A stretch of 63,623 bases of DNA, counting the filler, from Hausera hauseri (taxonomy: Eukaryota), in NCBI GenBank assembly GCA_046269625.1. It is 11 parts of 11 records of this genome, joined end to end, with 100 filler letters (N's around TTAATTAATTAA, not from the genome) between each part and the next. Parts side by side here need not be neighbours in the genome. Positions count along the whole stretch, not along the records: positions 47,050 to 52,981 come from JBJURY010166309.1; positions 53,082 to 59,509 come from JBJURY010101654.1; positions 59,610 to 63,623 come from JBJURY010819419.1; 8 more parts are not named here. One strand, written 5' to 3'. A model generated the notes under the pieces. That model ran no database searches, had not been told where the DNA came from, and worked only from the letters and a program-made list of their open reading frames with translations. Position numbers and translations under genes: made by a program. Positions within the stretch are counted from its first letter, which is position 1; every line of letters starts with the position of its first letter. Shown here one piece after another: positions 52,578 to 63,623 of this stretch.

Positions 52578-53660
52578 TATTTATTATCGGCTTTCCTCGA
52601 TTGTAGTTACTTCCGGTATTGCTTTCTTCACTGTTTATTTCTCCGAACGTAGCGTGACTTCGCTTAGTAAATTTTTCTTTGTTTTGTTTCCGTCTATCCT
52701 TTTGATCCAGTCTATCCGTTTCATGAACTGTTTCAGCAGCAACTCGTTTAGTTTCTGCTACATTTTCAACCCACAATTTCAACTACAAAATATCCGGTTC
52801 TATTCTCTTCCTTTTTCTGTAATTTTCTCACCGTTCGATCAGAACTTCTACCTATGGTGTCCACCATGCTTTGGGCCTCTTGGTCCATTTCAGCTGGGTA
52901 CGGGCGGGTATGTTGGCTTTGCACCGTTTGCCGGAACAGCTTATCCTCCTTCAGAGATTTTTGCCGTGGTCGTGTCCATCCNNNNNNNNNNNNNNNNNNN
53001 NNNNNNNNNNNNNNNNNNNNNNNNNTTAATTAATTAANNNNNNNNNNNNNNNNNNNNNNNNNNNNNNNNNNNNNNNNNNNNTTTTGAGAATAGAAAAACG
53101 TACATAATTGGACGAATTTTAACTCCAATTAAAAATAGTACTGTACTGGTAGAGTGGATAAAAGATAATGGTAAATTTCATAATCGACATAAAATTGGAT
53201 TACACGGTAAATACGAATTAATCATGGTATCAAAAAGGGATATGGATAATCTAAAAACAAAGGAATAGGTACTGAAGCGATTCACAGATTCTTTTATTGA
53301 AAGCAGGTCATCGGCTGAAGTACAACTACAATCAAGAGATGAAGCACAGAAACTTTCTTGTCAAGATTCATATTCCTGGATTACAGACCCAAACGCTTCT
53401 ATTCCTGTCTGGACCTCCAGTATTTCCAGCCAAAAGAATTCTAAATTTCTTACATTATCTGACAAAGACAATTGGGGAGAAACTCAACAGAATAAGACTG
53501 ATGACAAAGAAGTACGAAAACTTCAGGAGTTCGTTGAGGACTTTGAAGATTACAATAAATTGGTAAAGTCCCAAACAGAAGAATTTGAAATTCATGATGG
53601 AAATAATGATGATGAAAACATACTTGCTGATTTGTCTCCGCAAAAAAAAATCTGGATTAA

Positions 53661-56600
53661 ATGGCCGTCATTAATTCATGTGCGTACAGTGAATGGATAG
53701 AAGTTTCAATCAATAAAACAGCTGGAGTTTCCATAAAGAATAGTAACCAGTTATTATATAAAAGTGGTTCTCTGAATAAACAGGCAGGTTTAAGAAAGTT
53801 GGAACTTCTACGATCTGTTGCAGAAGCTTATGAGTTTCAAAATAAAATAATTGAACATTATATAAAAGAACAACGTGATAACTTGCCAGTTCAAAGCTCT
53901 TTTAATGCAATGAAATTTAGTGGAGAAGATAAGAAATGTAATATTGATTTTAATGATTGCCAGAGTTTTAATGTTAATTTGGTAGCAGATCATAAAAATT
54001 ACATTATTAATTCTGAGCCATCAGTAACAAACGAATGGAAAATTTTAATTGTTCAACGCAAATCAGACAGACAAAAAAAGCGGTTGGTAACGCTAATGGA
54101 TGACTTCGAAAGAGATATACACATTAGAAGAGTGAGGAGTTCTAAAGAATCTAGCCTAATAATTAAAATATCTCGCAGTACTTGCTCATCAGATTCCAGA
54201 AGTGCTCCAATTGATCCTCAAAATGGTGACGAAGGTGGAAACTTGTCTATGTGTAGTTACACTGATGTCAGAAAGTATAAATGTCCGATCAACTTTTATC
54301 TAAGTTCTGACATCAACGATTCTGGTAAATATTCATCGGAATCAGAACATGTTAAAGTAGGTTCTATTGCCAAAAAACAATCGATTAATATACGAAACAG
54401 TGATATTAACAACTTAAGAAATTCCGAAGAGAAGTCGATTCAGATAAAATGGCACGATAATCGAGACAATGAGGTAATTTTAAATTTTTATTTTCGTCCA
54501 AAAATGTATTCCAATATATTAGCTGAATTAAATTGTCTAAAATTTGAAGGACAAGTAGAAAGAAAATTAAATCGAATAAAAGGAAAAAATTATAGAATAA
54601 AAAAGGTTTTGAGATTTAAGAGAAGTAGTGAATTATCTGTTGAAGTTTCTTATATTGATACATGGGTTGTTTTATGTCCATTGAGCAATTATAAGCATTT
54701 GAAAGTTTATACGTTTTCTAGCAATATATCATCGCAGTTTATTCAAAAATCATGTCTAAATATCATAGTAAACGACATTCAAGTATTTCAAGTTTTAATA
54801 TTAACTTATTATTATACTTTTGATATACAGCTAGTCATTTCTACTATTCCTATTAAAGCATTGATAGATGTCTATAAACAGTTGGATAGCGAAAAAACGT
54901 TTGCTAATATAAATGATGATGATATTCGATCTATTTATAAGATGTTGGTTAAAAGATTGATTTGGGCCGAATGTCGTCAATTCTATATATGGGTACTTTG
55001 TCCAACCAAAGTCGTTTTAGCGGAACTCAAACATGGCAGAAATGAAATACAAAAGTCTGTTGACTATGAGAAAATTGTAAAATACTCCAATCATTTTGAG
55101 ATGTTATTTAATGGGTCGAAATATTTGGTTATTGTTTTAGAATTTTATCGATTTAAGATCCCTTGTGAAATAATCGAGGTACGAATTAAAATGACTGAAC
55201 CAGGAACGATGTATTTTGCTAAATCTGTTTCATATGCATTGAAATATGTATATTCGAATGAAATCATTCATTACAATATCATATTAGAAAATGCCTTTCT
55301 TAATGAGTCCATAATAGGGAAAGTTGGTGATTTCGGGTTGGCAATAATACTGAAACCAAGCATTGAAAAAACTCTTATTATATGTGGTACGTCGAACTAT
55401 ATTGTTTTGGGAACGCTGAGAAATTTACCTTATTCCTATAAAATTGATACGTGGGCATTAGAATGTATAAAATATATGTTTCAGGTTGGCAAACTTCCAT
55501 TTGAAAACTATACCCAACACGCGACTTTTGAAAAAATCAGAAATAAAAATATTAATGTCCAATATATCGATATTGATAGTCAGGAAACCCTACTCACACT
55601 GTCGGACGCGTCGAAAGACTTACGGAATAAATTAAAGACCGTTTTAACATTTCTGAGAAATTTTAAATTATTGATAAAGATGGGTGGAGAGAAAGGAAAG
55701 GTGTCAGAAATAAAATTGATGATAAGGTTACCGTCTTTGCAAGCGTGGTATGTTTCAAGGTTAGGGAAATTTTTTCCTGTTATCAACAATACCTCTCAAA
55801 TAAATTTTATCGACGAGTATAAACCTATCTTTCTGAAATTCGTTGAACGAAAAGGAGCAAGGCTGTTACCGATCGGTTCTGAAGAGATTGTTGATGGTGA
55901 TGTTAAGATGACACTTGTTATGATATGGATAATAAGAACTGAGAAAAATTCAAATAGCATCAAAATTGAATACGATGATGTGGTCACATTGGAACTTGGA
56001 TCAGTGCAACATAAGATCCTGGATAAGGATGTCGAGAGAAATGAAGAATTATATATTTCATTCAACCAAGAAATCGACAAAGTTCAGGCAAAATTGATAA
56101 TGGCCAACGTCAACATCCAACGAGCGTCATTTAGTAAGATTGAGAAAAAATCCGAGCAAAATTTAAAAGATGTTGGTAATCTGAGCCGCAAAGCTATCCA
56201 ACGAATGGAAAAATTAAACAAAGCTTGGAGTGTATTGAAACAGTGTCTCCATAATAAACATTTTGAACTTGAAGATGCATTAAAAGAAGCATTGACGTAT
56301 TATGGAGATTACCAAGAAATCTTAAAAAACATCGAAGAATTAACCAAAAAATTGGATAAACTTAAATTTTCTGGTGGATTTTTTCTCAATCTTGTGATTC
56401 GTCATAATGTTGATGCTGAAAACAATGATAGCGAATTGAAAAAGAAAATAGAAGAAATAGAGACTATTGAAAGCATTTGTTCAGAAAAACAACAAACAAT
56501 TCTAAATCTTGAACAAGATAAAGTTACGTTAAAAAACAAACTGCAAGAAATGGAATGTCGAGTTCAAGTTTTGAGTAATGAGAGAATTGATTCAGTATCG

Positions 56601-58894
56601 AAATCTGAAAAAACATTTGAAGAGTTTCAGATTTCTAATCGTTACAAAGATGATGTCATTGTTGGTTTACAATCAGAAATGGAAATTATTAAAAAGAAAT
56701 TAGACGAACTAGAGTTATTATATTGTGACTCTGAAACAAAAAACAAAAGGATAATTGATGAACTATCCAACAAAGAATCCATTGTGTTAGATTTATCGAA
56801 GAAAGTAGACGACAAGAAAAAGATAATTGAAAATATGTACAGCATCATTCATAAAAATAAAGTTCAAACCGAAGGAATCCTTCAGAAAATTATAGATGCT
56901 CTTGAAAATCGATGCACAACGTTCAATTGTGTGATTCCAGATGAGCAACTTGGAGAAATATCCTATGGCCTTAATTTTGAAGAAGAATTTTATCATGAAA
57001 AATCTGTTGTTTTAGTTTTTCGGACTCTTTATAAATTGTTGTCAGTCGCTGATAAATTGAATGATGAGTTACTTAAGAAAAATGAAGATACAAAGACGTC
57101 CGAAAGTCTGAATAATGAACTTTTGCAAGCTTCAAACAAGATAGACATACTCTTGCAAAAGTTAGTAACCATTATATCGGAAAATAAGAATTTGATACCG
57201 GAATCTTTGTATGAAGAAAATGAAGGATTCTTCGAAAAATTTGATAATTTAGAATTGTTGGTTCAAGGTATATTAAACGAGTTACGCTCCAAAAATATTG
57301 AATTAACAGAAATCCAAAATTATTGTAAAATTGTCATGGATGCGTTAGACTCAAAAAGTTCTGTTCCCGATTTTGATACCAATTTAAATTCATCTGTGAA
57401 GCAACTTTTTGAAAAACTTAAAATTGGTTTGGCAACAGCAACATCGGAAACTTCATTGAGAGATAAAGAAATTCAGAATCTCCAAAGTATAAATCAGTCT
57501 CTCGAGGAAAAAGTCGAAAAATCTCAATCCTTTTTAATATCTTTCTACAAACAGTTGATTAGTATATTTCATTTAACAAATACAGACTTAGACTCGAAAA
57601 CAAGTCGAAAGTTAATTATAAAGTCATTAAAAGAATACGTCAAACTTATGTGTAGTTTGGATAATGAGGTTTGTGAATTGAGATATAAATTACAAGCTAC
57701 TAAATTAGAATTAGAAAGGTCGCTGAGTGGAACTCGTGATTCCCAGAGTTAGATAACTTAAGAGAATCTTCAGGTAATAATCGTAATCGACTTATTTCTA
57801 CTCGACAAGATCTTGAAAATTCTTTACGTCGTCTGAATGAAGTTGCTGATGAAAAGGGTCATATCGATGAAGAAAAACAAACATTGAGGAAAGAATTGAA
57901 AGAATTAAATGAAAAGATTAGTTTACTGAAGATTGAATTCGAAAGGCAAAGTAAAGAGAAAGAAAGATTAGAAATACAATTCGATGAATCTTTAGAAAAA
58001 GTCCGACGTAATCATACCGCATTGGAAGAAACTTACAAAAAAGAACTGGAAAAGCAACACGGTTACCAAAAGCAATTGGAAGAACAAATTGTTTCTCAGC
58101 GCGAGTCTAATTCACGTCAGATTACTGAGCGAGAACATAAAGCAAATGAAAAATTAGAACAAGTTTTGAACCAAAGTGAGGAACTGTTGACCTTGAATCA
58201 CCAGTATAAAACATTGCTTGATCAAGCAAAGCATGAGGCTCAAAACGTTACAGAGTCGCTGAGAAAACTGGAAAACGATTATGATATTATAGTTAAGAAA
58301 GTAACAGATATTAAATGTGATAATAAAAACTTATCAGAAAGCTTATTAAGTGTGAAGATGTTAGAAACTACATCTATGGAGCGTGATGATTTACAAAGAA
58401 AAATATCCCAGATGCGATTCGAAAATAACAATTCAGTAGAATCATTGGAACAAATTTCATCTAATGAAGACACATTAGAAATCTTTACAAAAAATGACCA
58501 AAATACTATATCAGACGATTTTATGGGTGATTCCAACATAATCCCTGTAAATGATGGTCTTTATAACGCAGAGAACTTAAAAATTGACTCTGATAACAAT
58601 GCCGTTTCTGACGATATTGATGAAACCTATTATCATTTGGTGCCGAAATGCATATACACTGAACCAATTGATTATCCTGTGAATGAACAAATCGATACAG
58701 ATATTATCAGTTTACCCAATCTGCCCGATTTCATGCCATCTATTGTAGCTAAAACGAAAGTATTGCAGTTACTTGAGGTTCCCATTAATCTCGTTAATAA
58801 AATGTTAATGAAAAGAATAATGCTATCTTCGGTATATGTTGGACAATTGATTGAAATGACTTCGGGTGATCTCATAACTATTCAAGGTGACTAA
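53661..58894 (+). CDS. Intronless mosaic ORF (1363 aa plus a frameshifted continuation at ~57745): EGF-like bits, PLK-derived pseudokinase, polo-box remnant, CH fragment, spectrin repeat, long coiled coil
   Basis: FSG..KCNIDFNDCQS; IIHYNIILENAFLNE..KVGDFGLA..ICGTSNYI..IDTWAL..GKLPFE; LPSLQAWY..NNTSQINF; LKFVERKGARLLPIGSEEIVDGDVKMTLVMIWII; LNKAWSVL...LEDAL. Confidence 0.7.
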
Positions 58895-59674
58895 TTTCTT
58901 GTTTCTGAATTCCTTGAAATTCATTTGTCCTTGCTAATTAAACCAAAAGATTCGTTATAGTCGGCACAACTAAATAATTACAAACGTTCCAGATTTTTTG
59001 TTGCAAAACCAGCCGAAATATTCATTGATTCGATAAAAATCTCAAGCAATCCAGGACATGAGTTATGGGTTGTATCACCTTCTCAACAAGTGAAAGTCAA
59101 TGGTAAATTATACGTATTAGAGGACTGTTACGAAAATAAAGACAGTTGGAATGAATATTACACCACATTTTTACAAAGAAGTACACGAATATCTAATGAA
59201 TCCAGTTCAACTTTTTTTCAATCAGGTCCTTGAGTCTCAAATGGCAAAAATACATAGAGAAGTCTAAGACACTTAAAACCTTTTCTTCAAGTGCGGTAGA
59301 GATTTTGTAAAAGTCCAGACTTATTCGAATTTCAAAACAAAATATAAATTCAAATTATCGCAGTATTTTGAGTGCGATGAAAATATAATGTCCAAGGCAG
59401 TTAATTCTCCAACCATCCTTCATGCAATTTTTACCAAATACACGATTCCTCGTAATCATTTAATGTGTTATTTACTATTTAGCAACAATGATCTTACTGA
59501 ATTGTCTTTNNNNNNNNNNNNNNNNNNNNNNNNNNNNNNNNNNNNNNNNNNNNTTAATTAATTAANNNNNNNNNNNNNNNNNNNNNNNNNNNNNNNNNNN
59601 NNNNNNNNNACACAAAGCTATTCTACATCCTCAACATTGTCCTCAAATTTGTGATTTAATTTTTAAGCCATATA

Positions 59675-59727
59675 ATATTTTATAATAATAATTATGATGA
59701 TGATGATTATTATTATTATTTTTATTA

Positions 59728-59762
<35 letters not shown>

Positions 59763-59770
59763 GTTGTGTA
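59675..59770. repeat. Compound trinucleotide microsatellite (AAT/GAT/TAT/TGT/GGT)
   Basis: Directly visible. Confidence 0.9.
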
Positions 59771-60399
59771 CTAGCTGTAAGCAACATGACATATGATAAA
59801 TATTCTGGTATAACTCAAATAATTTCTCTACTCAAATAATATTTGCTTTTCAGTATATTAAGACTAAACTAAGAAAATGATCAGTTTAAAAAACTATTCC
59901 TGTTGCGCATTGTTCTCTTTTCATTGCTACTTCCTCTGCACACCAAGGCACCTTCGCCTTACTTATACTTGAGCTCTACATCCTTCTGTAATTTGCACTG
60001 TTGCCCACATTATTATTGCACGGTATCTGTGTGTTGAATTTTTAGAATGGAGATTAATTTAGTATAACTTGGGATAAAGCCATAGTATGAAATGTGGAAA
60101 AAGTTAAGGGGTGTGAAGACTTTATCTTGTTACAAATTGCAAACATTTAGAAATCCAGACATAGATGATGTACAAACTGACCTCCAGGCCTCTCATGTTG
60201 GCCGTCGGTGTGCAGCAACATGGCAATGGGCATGCCCACATTCTTGGAGCGTCCGGCAACTACAACATTCTTCCCAAAGGTAGTAATACCTGGAAGATGC
60301 AAACGTAGATAGTTACATTTTATTTAATTTCTTTAGTTCAACTGTGAGTTTTCTTTTATCCACAATATCTCGTTCGCTCTTTTGAATCGTTCTTCATTC

Positions 60400-60790
60400 G
60401 TCACTTTCGACAAAATTTTGCTTCTAAGTTGCATACATCATACCATTGGTCTTCTCCATTTTTCTGTCTCCAACCTAATTCAATTCCAAAAGTCTTTTGT
60501 AGTTCCATTTCACCTATTATTTCTGGTAATATGTCTGTCACTACTATGAAAGTTACACGCTTTTCTACTCCCTTTAGTTCCACATTTACGGATAGTTCAG
60601 CCACACAGTCTAGGGGGCTGCCATTTGCATAACGGAGTATAATATCTGATTTCTCCACCTGGACATCTGTCAGTCTTTCAAAAATCGTCCTAGTCATCAC
60701 GTTCACCCGTACTCCTATGTCCAGTAGGCAGTCTTCCCATCTACCTTGTATCTTTATTTTTACACCTGGCCGTCCTTGTAGTTTTAAGAT
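60400..60790 (-). mobile_element. Gypsy aspartic protease fragment
   Basis: GRPGVKIKIQG..CLLDIG.RVNVM..YANGSPL..IIG.EL...FGI. Confidence 0.7.
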
Positions 60791-62119
60791 CAGCGGGCAA
60801 ATGCAACCCGACAGGTAAATGTTACCATCACGATCGGCTTTGATTTGTAATGGGTAAATTGGGAAGTCCTTTAAAATCGTTAACAGACGTTATCCAATAC
60901 CAATTTTTGCGTATTTTCGTCAAACTGTAAAATGTTTATGTCGGATGAATTCACCATGGCAACATAGATCATTTCGTTAATAACCAAACTGCATTGGATC
61001 TCTCCTAATTGTTACAGCGCAATTAGAACACTGTTCGTAGACTTGGGTTTCCACGCTACGTCTGTTCTTTGGAATAATGAAATTATGATGTCAGGCGGAA
61101 ACAAGAACCACTTATTATTTTATTTACATTTCTATGAATATCGATTATATTTTCATGGCAACTAATCATTTATTTTTATTACACCACAATAATAGAAATG
61201 AACATAAAACTAATTTTCCAAATATTGAAGAAATTAATTTTCACATTACTGACGGTCATTTCAAATGTCCAAAAAAATCAATACATGAAATGTCAATTTC
61301 TATTAGTCATAATTTTGTTTGATTGTGGAGTCAAATTTTGAATTTCATATGTGAATTTGTTGTGAGTTTCCGAGTTTCACATAATCCAGTGAAATTAACT
61401 GGATTTAAATACTTTGCTTTTGGTACATTAGTACATTAAGTAACATCATCATCTGAGCATAAAATTCTCTCAAATTATTTCAAATTTAGTCCAAACGTCT
61501 GATATCTGGATAATCATTTAGAGATGTAACTAGACTTTCAAAGGTTTCGTTTGGCCACTCATTTAGAAGAAGTGTATCAAATGATGAAGAGAAAACAAAC
61601 CGAATGTTATTCATTAATTCAAATGAAAACCACTCGTTGAATAATATTTTCTGACTGTTACGCATTTTTAATGATTGCATCTTGGTCGAATATTGACATT
61701 TCAGTGATGGCATAGAAATCTGGATGAAGAATACCTGCGGACCAAAGTTGATCTACGAAATCCGCCGTGGAATCTTGTATTCGAAAGGGTTTTATCTTTT
61801 TGATTTTGAGATTTGTCTTTGTCTCATTCAGTAATGTTGACAGATTCGTTTTTTCACATTTGGAGGTAAATAATCAATATATAGATTCAAGATGGCTGGA
61901 AAGATCGACTGATGAAGAGTACCGGCTGAGAATTGATAATGGGATGTTGAGGAGCCACCGATGAACGAACCCGAATGGGGATCCGAACCGAGGATGGAGA
62001 AGGAATGGAGAATCCGTTAGTAACGACATTTGGTGCTTCTTACTGTGAAACATTTGAGCTAAGATTGACTGACGGTGATGAATGAGATAGAAGAATTAGC
62101 AACTTTAAGTGGCTTGATA

Positions 62120-62320
62120 TGTACACGTTCTGTAATTCGGATGGAACGATAGCGTATTAAGGCATATTTGAATTTGTCAGAGTGCTGTAGTGGTTTCTTT
62201 TGGGGTGAAGATCGGGGCCGCCTATGGGCCCGACGCGGCGGCAGCGGACGCCCGGCCGTGTCCAACCAAACAGGCTAGAGGGCGCAGGCCGCTGTGGGCA
62301 CCACATCACTTCCCACCCCC
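62120..62320 (-). repeat. Polypurine tract and putative 3' LTR of a Gypsy element
   Basis: The minus strand reads GGGGGTGGGAAGTGA (62320-62306), then TGTGG. Candidate ACA end at 62120; exact end uncertain. Confidence 0.45.
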
Positions 62321-62423
62321 GTGGCAAAGTAAAAACTATAAAGGGTAAAAGAGACAGAGTGAAAAAATCGCAAAACGAACACGTGTCAGCTGGTCTTAGT
62401 GTGAACAAGACATTGGGTGCCTT

Positions 62424-63623
62424 CTATCGATTTTTCCCTGCTATACTTGCTAAATGTGACTCTACGTGTTTTGTGTTTATGCCATGTGTTTGTTTGCAGA
62501 GGTTGAAGTTGGGGAAAAAATTGTCGGATTTTGTTGTGAGTGTTGTATCGTGCGAAGACGGATCAGAATGAAGAGAAGAAGAAGGTGAAGGTGGAAGAGA
62601 GATTGTTGAAGACGGATTGTTAAAGGTATTCACGAAATTGTTAGAAGATGGATAAATGATAAAAGGTGTAGTGGCGGATAAAGGAAGGAAAAGGGAAGTT
62701 GGAGTAGAAGTTGGAATTGAATTGTGTGAGAGAGTGGAAGTGAAAGATAAAACAGAAGTAGTAGTAGAGACAGGAAGAAAGATAGGGATAGAAGTAAGGA
62801 AAGGAGGGAGTTGCGAAACGGAAATGAAAGGAGTAAAAGGTGATGTGTCAAGAGAGAGGGAGAAAGAAGGCGCCGAAGATGAGGAAGGTGTGAAAGAAGA
62901 AAAGGAGTGAAAGGGAGATGATGGCGAAAAGGTATAAAACGGAACAGAGCAAGAAGTTGGAGAAGGCGAAGGAATGTAGTTGGAAGGTGGTGTGTAAGAG
63001 TCTGGAATGATGAAAGGGGCAGATGGAGATATTGGTGAAGTCGAAGAGTTGTTTGATGGAGGAAGTACAGTAAAAGGAGAAAGCAGGTTGTTATGATGGG
63101 ATGAAAGAGGAGTAAAAAGGCTTGAAGACGCAAAATAGGATGGGGGAAAAAGGGATGAATTGTCAGAAGAAATTGAAGTAGAAGTCTTGGGAGAAAGCGT
63201 ATGCAAAAGTGGATTAGGAAATTGATCAGAGATGGGAGGTGAATTGTTGGATTACTGCGTGTCGTGTAAAAATGCTTGTGGAGAGGTGGTTTCGATGGCA
63301 GACGTATGTCAATGAAGAAAGCCGGTTTAACGTTGTTGATGTGGACTGTTACTTTTTTGTCGTCTTTGAGGATGATGATGTTATGGGAGTGTAAGCGAAT
63401 TACTTTGTAAGAGCCAACATACTGAGGTTGAAAACCACAAGGCGTCTGATTCTTTAGCCAAAGGGACTTGGCAGTATATAAATCGTCGGGTATGTAGGGT
63501 TTATTTGCGTGTAACAGTCTGCAAAATCAGTCTTTGATGATCTCAGCGAAGTGCCTCTGTGCCGCTTGTATGGTTTCGTCTGTAGGAGTATTGTCCAGCT
63601 CAGTCAGCTCGAATAATGATCTG
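62424..63623 (-). mobile_element. Gypsy integrase C-terminus followed by an S/P/F-rich low-complexity ORF
   Basis: LWLKNQTPCGFQPQYVGSYKVIRL..VTVHINNVKP (GPY/F-like) at ~63470-63320; 260-aa S/P-rich ORF at 62424-63206. Confidence 0.7.

Noticed and set aside
55040-55550. Functional Polo kinase gene
   Set aside because: Lacks the Gly loop and VAIK, HRD is HYN, APE is lost, and it is embedded in a mosaic ORF.
7909-59609. Recurring TTAATTAATTAA motif, and gene neighbourhoods spanning it
   Set aside because: Artificial six-frame-stop linker. Adjacency between contigs has no biological meaning, so cross-contig element models rest only on pol similarity.

Overview
Eukaryotic, AT-rich invertebrate-type DNA with very short spliceosomal introns (41-53 bp). 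It is not one locus: 11 unrelated 4-8 kb contigs are joined by an artificial 100-bp linker (44 N + TTAATTAATTAA + 44 N). Most of it is decayed transposons: Ty3/Gypsy, Penelope, Polinton polB, hAT, mariner/Tc1, Sola2-like and satellites. Host-gene pieces include myosin VIIa, an ECM29-like gene and C2H2 zinc fingers. The main discovery is a lineage of unusually complex Ty3/Gypsy retroelements seen in four contigs, belonging to two diverged families. In both families a chuvirus-like fusion glycoprotein sits UPSTREAM of protease-RT, where gag normally lies, and ends in the protease reading frame (31385-38226 minus; 42883-46949 plus). Close relatives of each family carry, in frame after the integrase, a second signal-peptide/FN3-like membrane protein (14949-19466; 3995-7908). 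Extra cargo includes a ubiquitin-like domain, an AT-hook-like motif, PTAP/YPx3L late-domain-like motifs and a degenerate REX4/ISG20-like DEDDh exonuclease. A second oddity is an intronless 1363-codon ORF (about 1750 codons with one frameshift) stitched from fragments of unrelated host genes: EGF, Polo kinase, polo-box, CH, spectrin and coiled-coil. All family assignments come from motifs recognised by eye, not from database searches.
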